Source: Octopus bimaculoides (Eukaryota). From it: 64,000 bases of DNA. Where the stretch lies: assembly GCF_001194135.2 (NCBI RefSeq), contig NC_068991.1:8953927-9017926 (forward strand). Direction: 5' to 3'. The notes under the pieces are model-generated. The model saw only the letters and a list, made by a program, of their open reading frames with translations, did not search any database and had not been told where the DNA came from. Within the stretch, counting starts at the first letter, position 1, and each line of letters opens with the position of its first letter. Made by a program: the position numbers and the translations under genes. Positions 1 through 13,299 of the stretch are shown here, one piece after another.

Positions 1-410
1 AGTAGTGGTGGTGGTGGTGGTGGTGGTGATAGTAGTAGTAGTAGGTGTGGTAGTAGTCGTCGTCGTAGTAGTAGTGGTGGTGGTGGTGGTGATAATAGTA
101 GTAGTAGGTGGTGGTGGTGGTGGTAGTAGTCGTCGTCGTAGTAGTGGTGGTGATGGTGGTAGTAGTAGTAGTAGTAGTAGTAATGCATTTGAAAGCATTG
201 GACCAAGCAACGATGGTGCAGACTGGCAAAGTGGCAGGCCCAGTGTCGTTGTATTTTTACTTGTCTTATTGCATTGTTCTGAGGTGGTTGGGGTTAAGGT
301 GGGGGTGGCTGGCATTCTTCTAGCATTGGAGAGAGAGAACTGGTTTCAAAAATCTCCTTGTCTGTCTTTGTTTGTCCCCTCTATATTTAGCCCCTTGTGG
401 GTAATAAAGA

Positions 411-441
<31 letters not shown>
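1..441. repeat. (GGT/AGT)n and (ATA)n microsatellites, representative of many in the window
   Basis: Further tracts include (TG)n 7081-7195, (TATG)n 7320-7440, (GAA)n 10365-10425, (CAC)n 6170-6540 and (CT)n 57690-57790. Confidence 0.95.
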
Positions 442-446
<5 letters not shown>

Positions 447-850
447 GTTGTTGGCAACTAAACCAGTAACCCTCATCAAGCTTGTTTGATGAAGAGGGCG
501 ATGTTTGGGCACCCTGGGGATGAGAAACAAAACCTGTCAAAGGTTGGATGAACCCATGAGAATCAATGGCCATCCAATTGTGTATATATGAGAGTTGGTG
601 TGGACTCTCTGAGCCTCGGTTCACAACCCACCTAGGGAGGGGAAACGAACAGTACATGAAGAATTGTCACAAAGCAGGGTGCCATTAAAGACCAAATTGA
701 AAAGATGTGATGCTAGCTGCAAAGGTTAGAAGACTACTTTTTGAGGAAATAGAGGGAGAACTACACACGAGGGGCATCTGTCCATTGAAAATTCACCTCA
801 GCAAACTTGGAAAAGGGACGTTAAAATGATGATGATAATGATGATGATGA
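440..850 (+). mobile_element. Probable LINE 3' remnant with (GAT)n tail
   Basis: GC-richer block ending GGACGTTAAAATGATGATGAT; protein similarity is weak. Confidence 0.35.
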
Positions 851-1318
851 TAAAAATGACAATGACAATGCTGTAGTTTCAGTGATTTTATTTTTAAATT
901 TTATGTAAGAACAGAATCTTGACATGCCTTGAAAACAATGTGTTTTGATAATAAAAAAATTGCTTGAAATGAATCTTTGATAAAGACAAAATATTGAACA
1001 AACTCTGTCATGTAATAGATTTAGAGCACTGAACATAGATGTATCAAAGTTAAGGTACACTTTAGATTAACGATTTCTTAACAGACAAACACACGTGTGT
1101 GTGTGTTGTGTGTGAGATAGATAAACAGAGAGATAGATACATTGTATTTACTTGTGTATAAGCCATACATCTAATTTAGTGTTAACTTGATGTAAATATT
1201 GAAAGAGTTAGCTTTATCTTGCACATAAGTTGCAGCCAAGTTTTTTTCAGTCAAAATCAAGAACAAAATAGGGAAGCTTAAGACACAAGTAAACATAGTA
1301 TGTATATGTATGCATGCA

Positions 1319-1365
<47 letters not shown>

Positions 1366-1427
1366 TATATTACATTATAATTTATAATATATATATATAC
1401 ATATATGCATAGATACATGCATATGTG

Positions 1428-1464
<37 letters not shown>

Positions 1465-1622
1465 TATTTTTGTTAAGAAAAACAGAAAGTTGCTAATTTC
1501 AAGCATTTACTAAGGATATTGATAATGACAAAAGTGAAGCAATTCCATGATATCAATCAAAGCCACAGCTGTGGGACCAAGTGCTTCACTTTGTGCCTCC
1601 TATCACTCAAACCCAGAATACA

Positions 1623-1868
1623 TTATCCGACTAAATCTCGATCTCTTATAATTCCAGCTTCATGTAGAGACATTAGCATAGCTTTCACTACCATCACCAG
1701 GTGACCATGGGGATTGTTCTTCCCTTCGTAATCATGGGCCTGCAGCAGTTGAATTGCTTCTCGGCTGAGTTTGGTGAACAGGCTCAGCATGTGATTGAGA
1801 TCCTTCAAGCCAAATGAGTCTGCTGCTCCAACCAGCTGCCAGATGCGGTTAATTGTTGAGGATGTGTC
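1623..1868 (-). CDS. Exon of an unidentified protein, probably terminal
   Basis: Acceptor TATTTTGCAG| then DTSSTINRIWQLVGAADSFGLKDLNHMLSLFTKLSREAIQLLQ...RDRDLVG*; amphipathic helical pattern in non-repeat DNA. Internal donors near 1693-1699 cannot be excluded. Confidence 0.6.
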   Translation of the reverse strand, partial: DTSSTINRIWQLVGAADSFGLKDLNHMLSLFTKLSREAIQLLQAHDYEGKNNPHGHLVMVVKAMLMSLHEAGIIRDRDLVG

Positions 1869-2962
1869 CTGCAAAATAGTATGTTAATAATACGTTATGT
1901 AAAGTAATAGAAGTATATTACATGATGTGTAAGTACTATCAAGTATTGAATTTGATATTAATACATAATGGCAATTAATCCATATGTGTTTTCTAAATGT
2001 CAGAAATATCATTTATGCATGTGGCAATAAATCTATCTGTTTTTTTTTTGTTTTCAATTCTGTTTCTATCTCTCCACACATTGACACACACATACACACA
2101 GGCATACATCCCACCTCAAATATATATGTGTACATAGCATGTGTTTGTACACACACACACACATACACACACACACACATACACACACACACATGCGCGT
2201 GGTGGTGGTGGTGGTGGTGGCGGCGGCGGCATGGTTCCTATGAGTTAAGGACTGCATTGTATACCAGTGGATCCCCAATTTTTTATGGACCCCTATGGGT
2301 CATTTGGACCCCAGTTGAGAACCATTGCTTTTAACTGTGGTGTGATTTGAGAGGTATTTGACTGCTATTTCTAGCAACCAGCTCTACTACCCATGTTAAG
2401 GCTTTTTCATCAGCTTGTCCCAATAGTGTTAGATAACCATAGAGGGAAGAGCATGTAATGAAAAATATAGTTTGACCAGGTTCTAAAGTACTTACATTGT
2501 TTGAAACAATTTGCATTTCTAAGTGACTGAGTTGATACTTCAGTTGCTGTATAATCTGGTTAGTCATCAGGGACTTCTGAGAAGGGCCACTGAAGGAAAA
2601 AATGTTGGACAATGAGTGTGTGGCATAACAATGTGAGCCTAAACTGTGGTGGTGTTGAGTAATACGATGTTGTGTTGTATTCGTTTATTGTAGTGCAATG
2701 TGTAATATATTATATTAAAAGTTGGCATGGCTGTGTGGTAAGAAGTTTGCTTCCCAACCACATAGTTCTAGGTTCCATACCACTGTGTTTCACTTTGTCT
2801 TTTACTAAAGCTTCATACATAGATGCATACATAAATACATACACACATATATATGCTTGCTTACATACATACATATGCTTACATTGATAGATACACACAT
2901 ACATTAATACACTCATACATGCATACACACATACATATATAAACACGTACTTACATACATAA

Positions 2963-2997
<35 letters not shown>

Positions 2998-4052
2998 CTC
3001 TTTTACTTGTTTCAGTCATTTGACTGTGGCCATGCTGGAGCACCGCCTTTAGTCGAGAAATTCGACCCCAGGACTTATTNNNNNNNNNNNNNNNNNNNNN
3101 NNNNNNNNNNNNNNNNNNNNNNNNNNNNNNNNNNNNNNNNNNNNNNNNNNNNNNNNNNNNNNNNNNNNNNNNNNNNNNNNNNNNNNNNNNNNNNNNNNNN
3201 NNNNNNNNNNNNNNNNNNNNNNNNNNNNNNNNNNNNNNNNNNNNNNNNNNNNNNNNNNNNNNNNNNNNNNNNNNNNNNNNNNNNNNNNNNNNNNNNNNNN
3301 NNNNNNNNNNNNNNNNNNNNNNNNNNNNNNNNNNNNNNNNNNNNNNNNNNNNNNNNNNNNNNNNNNNNNNNNNNNNNNNNNNNNNNNNNNNNNNNNNNNN
3401 NNNNNNNNNNNNNNNNNNNNNNNNNNNNNNNNNNNNNNNNNNNNNNNNNNNNNNNNNNNNNNNNTCTACCAAATCCACTCACAAGGTTTTGGTCGGCCCG
3501 AGGCTATAGTAGCAGACACTTGCCCAAGGTGCCACACAGTGGGACTGAACCCCGAACCATGTGGTTGGTAAGCAAGCTACTTACCACACAGCCACTATAT
3601 ATATATATATATATATACTTGCTCGCATACATACACTTTAACATATTAAGAGTGTAACATGGCTGTAGTATGATGTAATGGTGTAGATGTTTTATTCTGA
3701 GATGTGGGCTGGGAAAATATATTCTGAGATAATTGTACTTCATACAAAGAGAAACAGAAAGCCATTTGTATTACCTGTTCGTTTTGTCAGAAACACCTGT
3801 CTCTTGTATAATTTCATGTTGCGGTTTGCTGGAGAGTGTCAGATACTGGTCCGGCTTCTCTCTGCCAAGGAAAATATCACAATGCATCAATGAACGTTCC
3901 TTTTCCAGCTTTTTTTTACTCCCCACACTCTGTCTCACTCCATATGTGTGTGTGTGTGTGTGTGAGTATAAATATCTATATATGTAAAAATGCATGTATA
4001 TATATATGTGTGTGTATATATGTGTGTGTGTATATATATATATATATTCGTT

Positions 4053-4167
4053 TATATTTATATAAGGGCATTACTACAGAATAATGCCACACACTAGACT
4101 TCCCAAATAAACACATTTTAGTCTAGTGTGTGGCATTATTCTGTAGTAATGCCCTTATATAAATATA
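4053..4167. repeat. Perfect inverted repeat, 48-bp arms, 19-nt loop
   Basis: 4053-4100 is the exact reverse complement of 4120-4167. Confidence 0.92.
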
Positions 4168-5123
4168 NNNNNNNNNNNNNNNNNNNNNNNNNNNNNNNNN
4201 NNNNNNNNNNNNNNNNNNNNNNNNNNNNNNNNNNNNNNNNNNNNNNNNNNNNNNNNNNNNNNNNNNNNNNNNNNNNNNNNNNNNNNNNNNNNNNNNNNNN
4301 NNNNNNNNNNNNNNNNNNNNNNNNNNNNNNNNNNNNNNNNNNNNNNNNNNNNNNNNNNNNNNNNNNNNNNNNNNNNNNNNNNNNNNNNNNNNNNNNNNNN
4401 NNNNNNNNNNNNNNNNNNNNNNNNNNNNNNNNNNNNNNNNNNNNNNNNNNNNNNNNNNNNNNNNNNNNNNNNNNNNNNNNNNNNNNNNNNNNNNNNNNNN
4501 NNNNNNNNNNNNNNNNNNNNNNNNNNNNNNNNNNNNNNNNNNNNNNNNNNNNNNNNNNNNNNNNNNNNNNNNNNNNNNNNNNNNNNNNNNNNNNNNNNNN
4601 NNNNNNNNNNNNNNNNNNNNNNNNNNNNNNNNNNNNNNNNNNNNNNNNNNNNNNNNNNNNNNNNNNNNNNNNNNNNNNNNNNNNNNNNNNNNNNNNNNGT
4701 GGGTGCTTTTACGTGTCACCCGCACGAAAACGGCCACGCTCGAAATGGTGTCTTTTATGTGCCACCCGCACAGAGTGAAAAAACTACAGAAGGCTTGTGT
4801 TACATGGTTAAAGTATATATTTAAATTATGTCAGAAAAATGTTATAAGATCTTTTTGGTATATAAACATTGTATTTTGATAATTTAAATATATACTTTAA
4901 CCATGTAACACAAGCCTTCTGTAGTTTTTTCACTCTTATTATCTTTTATACATTCAACCACATGCTTTCACATACCAACTTTCTCACCCTATATATATAC
5001 ATATATATATGTATATTCTCAACTCTCTGTCTCACTCGATATATGTATGTGTGCATGTGTGTATAAATATAAATATGTGTGCATGTGTGTACACATATAT
5101 GTATTTATCATAGTGATTTCGTT

Positions 5124-5309
5124 TTAAAAAAAACCAGTGATAGACGAACCAGTGATAAATGAATCATTTCCACACACTTTGTGGATAGAATGAATGATAG
5201 ATTCAATGACACCAAACTTGTGGCCCACAGCAGCAAAGCTTCCACTGTCATGTGTTTTCTTGATCATCTCTCTACCTTTTTCTGTGAAGGAAATACTTGT
5301 CTGTATCAT
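5124..5309 (-). mobile_element. pogo/Tigger transposase N-terminal HTH remnant
   Basis: ISFTEKGREMIKK...SFAAVGHKFGVIESIIHSIHK resembles the CENP-B/Tigger helix-turn-helix. Confidence 0.5.
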
Positions 5310-5733
5310 TTGAAAGGGTCAGGTGGCTTTGCTTTTATTTCTGCTCACTGACACCACGTTGATGGGTACCAGTACATAAATTTATATTAAAAAATTTACA
5401 TAACCTCATGGCATGGTCATCTAAACACATGTGATAGTGCGTTCTGAATTACTGGGTATTATGAGTGGTTGCTGGAATGCATTTTTGTGGTACAAGCGGA
5501 ATCTCTAACTGATCTCTGGCCTGTGATATCACAGATCAATCTGTGATAAGCACAATGTGGTCCACAATTGAGCATACTGTGTTACACCAGATCAGTGATG
5601 AATAAATAAAACTGATGGACAAGTTTACGTGTATTGGAAACAGAATATAAACTATCAACCCTTTGGCTGGTTGCCTAATGTTCTATACAATCAAACAGTC
5701 ACAGTAATAATTAGATTCCATTTCAAATATTAC

Positions 5734-5755
5734 CTTCTTTTGTGATTTCCACAAC
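5734..5755 (-). CDS. Candidate 22-nt microexon of the same minus-strand gene
   Basis: TTGTTTTCTTTTTTTGTTTCAG|GTTGTGGAAATCACAAAAGAAG|GTAATA. One frame (LWKSQKK) exits in phase 0, matching the 1868 exon. Confidence 0.4.
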
Positions 5756-6611
5756 CTGAAACAAAAAAAGAAAACAACAAATTTTATTATGGTAAGCTGC
5801 AACAAAGAAATCCTTTAAGTAATATAAAAGAAAATAAGGAAGATCTTCAGAGAGTTCTTTTAGATTGGAACTTTATCCCACTGTTTACAATGGAGAACTA
5901 TAATTTTTCTGTTGCTTATTTGCAATTCAAAGTCCTGGTAAGAAATTTTATCTCCTGACATGTGTTATTCAAAACAAGTGAAATCAAAGTATAAGAACCA
6001 GATATAAAAGGCAAAAATGGTGTTGAGGTTCTGGTCTTGAACATTTACAAGAACCTACAAGCCTACCATTTATGCCACCACTGGGACAATATCAAACCCC
6101 TGCCTCCACGAAATGGCTACAATAATCACATCTTCGCCAATGAGCAATGAGTCAAATATAACAATAAGAATCACCATTTCCACCACCACCACCACTAGCA
6201 CCATTAGCACCAGCAGCACCACCATCACCACCACCGTCGCCGCCACCACCAAATCACCACCATTAGTTACACATCAACAACACAGCACAATTTTTTCACT
6301 GGCAATAACTACCACCACTATCTCCTCCTCCACCCCAATACCACTACCATCACCATCACCTTCACTACCACTACAACTACCACTATCACCACCACCACCA
6401 TCCCCACTACCACCAACACAACAACAACAACAGTGACCACCACCACCAGCAGCTATCAACAACAGCAACAACAACAACAACAGTACCAACAAGAGCAGTA
6501 GCAAATGCAGTAACAACAACCACAACAGCAGCAGAGAAGCAGCTTCAAGAACAAGAACTAATCACACTTCTATTACTGTAACAATAACTGCCGCCCAGTA
6601 ACCCCTAAATA

Positions 6612-6738
6612 CAGGGTGTCCACAAAGTCTGGGTACATGGGGATTAACACATACTTTAAGAAATTATTGTTTCTTATATTTAATTGTTTATGTTATGATT
6701 TTATTTACTCCATGTACCCAGACCTTGTGGACACCCTG
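6612..6738. mobile_element. Tc1/mariner-type MITE
   Basis: TA|CAGGGTGTCCACAAAGTCTGGGTACATGG ... CCATGTACCCAGACCTTGTGGACACCCTG|TA; about 29-bp TIRs, TA TSD. Confidence 0.85.
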
Positions 6739-6805
6739 TATGGATACCCTGTATGGACACCCAGTATGGACACCCTGTATGGACACCCTGTATGGACACC
6801 CTGTA
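6728..6805. repeat. 13-bp tandem array (TGGACACCCTGTA) x6
   Basis: Direct count; the unit equals the MITE terminus plus TA. Confidence 0.9.
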
Positions 6806-7076
6806 TAACATACCTGCAGTGTTCTGCCAACAAAACAAAACTGCTGTGATAAAAAAGAGGGTCTTCATTGCTAAAAAAAATAGAAAAGACAAAATGCCTG
6901 ATTTCAACTGTTACTAAATATATAACAGCTACTGGTGTGTAGGTGTGTGGTGTAGTGTGTAGTAATAAGCTACACACAAACACACACACACAACTGTATC
7001 AAAATTTCATGCATTTATTTGTGAAGTTTAGGAAGTTATTAAGAATTGAAACTCATCAGTGACTTTTGGGACACCC

Positions 7077-7188
<112 letters not shown>

Positions 7189-9436
7189 TGTGTGGATGTG
7201 GATGTGATTTTCTTTATGTGATTTTCTTCATCCTTGGTAAATACACTCTGATAGCCAGTATTTGCAAGAGTGCTAACTGAGGAACCAGCTCGAATTTGTT
7301 AATCATCCTCTTATTTGGTATGTATGTATGTATGTATGTATGCATGTATGTATGTATGTATGTATGTATGCATGTTATGTATGTATGTATGTAAGCATGT
7401 ATGTATGTATGTATGTATGTATGTATGTATGTATGTATGTATTGAAGGTGACTCTTTGTACTGAACTCCGAACATGTAATTTTAAAAATCAAAATCACAT
7501 AATTACATAGGTTATATATAGCATATATGTTGCCTCTTTATCACTCTAATTCAAAAACATGAAAGATTTATATCAAAATTGGATTTTATATTTATACACG
7601 ATGTGTGTGTGTGTGTGTGCACGTGCATTTGATGTTTGTGTATGTTTATGTATCTACACTATATTTTTGAAGTGAATACATATCCATACTCATAAATGCA
7701 CACACAACACACACACACACATTTGAAGGAAAATTATTTTAAGTCTTCTCAAATATGAGTTAATTAATTCTGTCCAGAATATATTTCTAGCCTTGCTCTA
7801 AACAAATTTCGGTTTTATTACATTCAGATTTATTTAATTAGCTCATATGGTCAATGCACACACATAGTCTCTCACAAACACAAACACAAACATGGGCACA
7901 CACACACACATGTATATGTATGTGTGTGTATATATACGATCACACACATGCAAATACATACACACACATATAATATATATATATAAAAACATACATATAC
8001 ATACATACATACATACATACATTCATACATATATACATACATATTTGTGTGTGTGAATATATATATATTTATATATATATATATATAGGTTGTAATATTT
8101 TTTTGTCATGCACTAAATGGGAGATCTACATTGCCAGGTAGTTTATTTTTAATTTTCTTTGATATACAAAATACCTGATTGAAAATATGTATGGTTCTGA
8201 TGATATAACCTCTAAACTGAATCGCAGCCAATTTGGACAAAACAATGTATTATATCTTTGATTTGGAGCAAAACTAATAATATATTCTAGAGTAGAGCTA
8301 ATTAATGTAGGTATAAATTGATATTTGTTCATACATATATATATTTATATACACACATATATATATATATATAACAATACACACACATACACACGTAACT
8401 GCGTGATAAGAAGTTTGCTTCACAACCACATGATTCTGGGTTCTGTCCCACAGCATGGTACCTCAGGATATTGTCTTCTACTTTAACCCTGGGCTGATGA
8501 AAATCTTGTGAGAAGATTTAGCAGATGGAAACTGAAAGAAGCCTGTCATATATGTGTGTGTATTTGTGTGTGTGTGTGTAGTAAAATAAAACGAGCATTA
8601 GAATAGTGAGCCATAGTGTGCAAAAGAGAAGACTGCATTGGGAGGGAGATGTGATGCATTTGAAAAATTGAAATTTGGATGAAGATGAGTTAAACAACTC
8701 AAGTGACAGGAACATTCAGAAGAGGAAAACTAGAAAATGTGGGATTAAGTGCTGAACGCTTTTGATCTCAGATGCTGAACTTCAGAACAGAGACGATGCC
8801 AGGGTACTGCAATAGACTGAAGTGAATAGACACTATGATAGAGCAGGTCCATCATCATATGTCAGCACTGGAAAAATGGACATAAAATGATGAAAACTGA
8901 TAGAGTTTCATTTCTAAAGATGACGTTAATAGTTTGAAAAATTATTTTATCTTATTGATGACTCAGACAACACTCAAACAAGAAATAACATATCTATTTG
9001 TACTGTTTTAATTGTGAGTATGAAGGAAACAAAGAGAGACAAATTAGTTGTAAATCGGGAGATTTGAGGTAAAAAAAATTTCATTAGCAACCAGATTACC
9101 GTTTGTACACGGCTGTATGTGATTAATCCAGTTATTTCTTTATATTATAAATGTTCCAGTCTTGCAGAGTTGAATGGCGATGGTTATAAAACTTGAGAGT
9201 TTCTTAGGTTGAGTATATATGATTTGTTTAAGGCAGAGATTATTGACTGTGATAGCAAAGAGTTGTGTATCGGAAGCGCTGTCTATCGGGGATGTGGTTG
9301 TGGTGCTGGTGGTGGAGCTGTGGCAAGTAGGCTTGGGATCAATTCTTAAATAAAGTAACCTGCTCTGTTCTAGGTTTGAGAGCATTACAGATGGCACTTA
9401 GGAAGTTATCTTATCTATCAATGTACTTATGTAAGA

Positions 9437-9480
<44 letters not shown>

Positions 9481-9959
9481 ATGCGTGCGCATGTTGTAAT
9501 ATGTGTGTGTGAATGTTTATGTTTGACTGTGTTTGTGTGAATGTATATGTATTAATGTATTTGCATGACGATGTGTTCGTACGAGTGTNNNNNNNNNNNN
9601 NNNNNNNNNNNNNNNNNNNNNNNNNNNNNNNNNNNNNNNNNNNNNNNNNNNNNNNNNNNNNNNNNNNNNNNNNNNNNNNNNNNNNNNNNNNNNNNNNNNN
9701 NNNNNNNNNNNNNNNNNNNNNNNNNNNNNNNNNNNNNNNNNNNNNNNNNNNNNNNNNNNNNNNNNNNNNNNNNNNNNNNNNNNNNNNNNNNNNNNNNNNN
9801 NNNNNNNNNNNNNNNNNNNNNNNNNNNNNNNNNNNNNNNNNNNNNNNNNNNNNNNNNNNNNNNNNNNNNNNNNNNNNNNNNNNNNNNNNNNNNNNNNNNN
9901 NNNNNNNNNNNNNNNNNNNNNNNNNNNNNNNNNNNNNNNNNNNNNNNNNNNNNNNNNNN

Positions 9960-10015
<56 letters not shown>

Positions 10016-10023
10016 GTATATAA

Positions 10024-10067
<44 letters not shown>

Positions 10068-10128
10068 GAATGAGTAAACATGAGTGTGGATTTATGAATG
10101 AGTGTCTGTGAGGGTAAGTGACATTGTA

Positions 10129-10166
<38 letters not shown>

Positions 10167-10681
10167 TGTGCGCGTGTGCGTATGCATGTGTGAATATGAC
10201 TCAGTTTATGTGATTGTTTTTGTGTGACTCTGATGTGACTGTGAGAGAAACAGATATCTCAAAATCTGTTTCAAAGAATTTTAAGATTTAACCTTTTAGC
10301 ATTCAAATTACTCTGTCAAATTTGATACTTATTAAGGGTTAACGAATATTGAAGAAGGAGAAAAAGAAGAAGAAGAAGAAGAAGAAGAAGAAGAAGAAGA
10401 AGAAGAAGAAGAAGAAGAAGAAGAACAACAACAACAACAACAATCCTTTCTATTAAAGGCATAAGGCCTGGAATTTTTGGGGAGAGGACTGGCCAGTTAC
10501 ATCGACCTCAGTGTTTACTTAATTTATCAACCCTGAAAGGATGAAAGGCAAAGTCGACCTCAGTGGAATTTGAACTCAGAATGTAAAGATGGGTGAAATA
10601 CCGCTAAGCATTTTGCCCAGCATGCTAACGATTCTGCCAGCTTGCCATCTTAAACAACAACAACAATAACAATAATATGTG

Positions 10682-10712
<31 letters not shown>

Positions 10713-11971
10713 TTGTACACATGTATGCATGCATAATAATGAAGTTATTGTATGCAGTATTCAGGTGCCACAGCAACTTGTTAGATAAAGGATAAAAGAG
10801 AGGACAAAAAGCATGAATGAGTCAAGTAAAATGTAAAAAAAAAAACAAACAATGAAAGCTAAAAATGCATGTGAACATTCCACGGAATAAAACACATAAA
10901 AAAAAAAGAAAAGAAAGCAGTAAAAGAGCCACACACACACACACACATGAGCGCCCCTCCCTGCACATCTATAGTGAATGAATGTAAAAGTAATCTAATG
11001 TCAATTCTATGCTAATCTTTACCCTGGTGACTGAATGATGAAATATTACAACAGTTACACAATTACCTGTTGTGCAATTATTCAATTGATATGAATAGAC
11101 AGGTAAGGTGACGAACTGTCAAAATCCTTACCTTGTTGGACAAAGTAATAAGTGGCACATCTTCCGAATTCACATTCTGAGTTCAAGCTCCTCCAAGGTT
11201 GATTTTGTCTTTCATCCTTACGGGGTCAATAAAATATGTACCTGCTGAAAACTGGGGGTCTATGCAATTGGCTTACTCCTCCTCTAAAATTACTGGCCTT
11301 GTGTCAAAATTTGAAACCAGTATGTGTAAACAAATAATAGACCTAATCTAATAATGATAGAGGATTTAGTCAACTTTTATTACTTAATACATCATCATCA
11401 TCACCCTGTGTTTTAAATCCGGGTTTTCTCCCCATTAATCTACCTCAATGTCATAGCAACTGAGGTAGCCAGGTGCAGCCTACTCCAACCTTTGGGCTCC
11501 AGCATGGCTACAGTTAAATGATTAAAACAAGTAAAAGATAAAGGATGTTAATGAAAGTATTGTGCCCCTTTGTTCATTTATAAGTAGTCGTAAAACTTGC
11601 CCTTTCTGCATGTTGCTTTTTAATGTTCACTTTCCATTTTGTCTAGTATGTTGTGAACTTTCACTTTACCTTCAGCCTTAGAAAAGCTTTTACTTTCACC
11701 AATCTGTCCTGCTATATGTGTACTGCTTTTTCAACCACACAAGGAAGTAAAATAAGATAAAGCATAGTTCATATAGCTTAATCTGCTTTCCTTTGATAAA
11801 TGTAACTAGGGTAAATTCTAAGCTTACGTCATTCAATTTTTTAAAGAAACAAACAATTATGCTTCAGATTTGTATATTTAATAGTTTTTCTAGAATACCT
11901 ACACATGAGCTGCCCTCCCTCTAAGGGCATAAGCTCTCTCACCATGACAAGGTAGTACCGGGGTAGCTGCC

Positions 11972-11975
11972 TGCA

Positions 11976-12018
<43 letters not shown>

Positions 12019-12040
12019 AGGCATTTTGGCTACCTTAAGA
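11972..12040 (-). rRNA. Dispersed 28S rRNA fragment (47 bp) plus a 22-bp duplicate of its R2-target portion
   Basis: Minus strand reads CTCTCTTAAGGTAGCCAAATGCCTCGTCATCTAATTAGTGACGTGCA, one mismatch from the conserved eukaryotic LSU sequence as recalled. Not a functional gene. Confidence 0.9.
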
Positions 12041-12679
12041 CAGACTTTGTTTCCTCATAACATTCAGAAAAATAGATGTTTTTAAACAAAGCTTTCTACA
12101 AATGCCTTTCAGATGGTATAGATTGCGATTATATAGGAATTTATGAAAAAAAAACATTGGTGAGCACTCACATACACAGGCACATCACATATATATCTAC
12201 AAAATACAACTTGAAATTTTGAAAACATTGTCTCAGAATGTGTGAACACCCACCAATTTTTTTTTTTTTTTTTCTCTATAAATTTCGATATAATCACAAT
12301 CAACACCACCTGAAAGGTATTTGTAGAAAGTAAAACAAAAATATCCCCCATTTTTAATATTTGCTGCTTTAAATTCGCAAAAATTTCCCCAAAATACCAA
12401 AAAGTTAGAAAGAGTTATGACGGGTTAAATGATGTGCTTCGATCAGAACTTCGTTAAAAGCCCGTAGTAATTAAATATTTGTGTGTATGTGTATGTATAC
12501 TCTTTTAACTCTGGAGCACCGCCTTTAGTCGAGAAAACCGACCCCAGGACTTATTCTTTGGATGCCTAGTACTTATTCTATCGGTCTCTTTTGCCGAACC
12601 GCTAAGTTACGGGGACGTAAACACACCAGCATCGGATGTCAAGCGATGTTGGGGGGACAAACACAGATACACACATACA

Positions 12680-12713
<34 letters not shown>

Positions 12714-12929
12714 CATATATACGACGGGCTTCTTTCAGTTTCCGTTTACCAAATCCACTCACAAGGCTTTGGTCGGCCTGAGGCTATAGTAGAAGACACT
12801 TGCCCAAGGTGCCACGCAGTGGGAATGAACCCGCAACCATGTGCTTGGTAAGCAAGCTACTTACCACACAGCCGTCTGTCCCTCACTACCGCTTGACAGT
12901 CGCTGCTGGTTTGTTTGCATCCCATAACT

Positions 12930-13140
12930 GGTACTACTAAAGCAGAGTGGTCCCGAACGCGCACCCGCGCAGTCGCGCGTCCGCACTAGCTAGTCGTGCG
13001 TGGTCGATCCTAACCCTAACCCTAACCCTAAACACATGTATTCATTTGCGCACGCGCACTTTTTGTAGGATCGACCACTCACGACTAGCTAGCGCGGACG
13101 CGCGACTGCGCGTTCGGGACTACTCTACTTTAGCAGTACC
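12930..13140. mobile_element. Merlin/IS1016-like MITE, 211 bp
   Basis: TIRs of 83 and 75 bp beginning GGTAC; 9-bp TSD CCCATAACT (12921-12929 and 13141-13149); (TAACCC)3 in the spacer. Confidence 0.8.
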
Positions 13141-13299
13141 CCCATAACTTAGATGTTCAACGGAAGAGACCGACAGAATAAGCACCAGGCTTTGAAAACA
13201 ATAAGTACTAGGATCGATTCGTTTAGCTGAAACCCATTAAAGCAGTACCCCCTCCCACCACCACTACCACCACCGCCGCCACAACAACAACACAGCCGC

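Noticed and set aside
5-415. Long Val/Ser/Gly ORFs, and the many CV/HT/YI-repeat or X-filled ORFs in the track
   Set aside because: They are translations of microsatellites or N gaps.
6728-6805. CRISPR-like or prokaryotic repeat arrays
   Set aside because: The repeats are contiguous with no spacers and the DNA is eukaryotic; the same applies to the 68-bp array.
7205-7310. Protein-like minus frame (IRAGSSVSTLANTGYQSVFTKDEEN) between microsatellites
   Set aside because: No splice signals, and too short to assign.
9140-9397. 85-aa minus-strand ORF as an exon of the left gene
   Set aside because: No good donor before the stop, a weak acceptor, and partly built from a (CAC)n tract.
13009-13031. 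Interstitial telomere as a chromosome-fusion scar
   Set aside because: Only about three units, enclosed by TIRs and a TSD, so it is better explained as transposon cargo.
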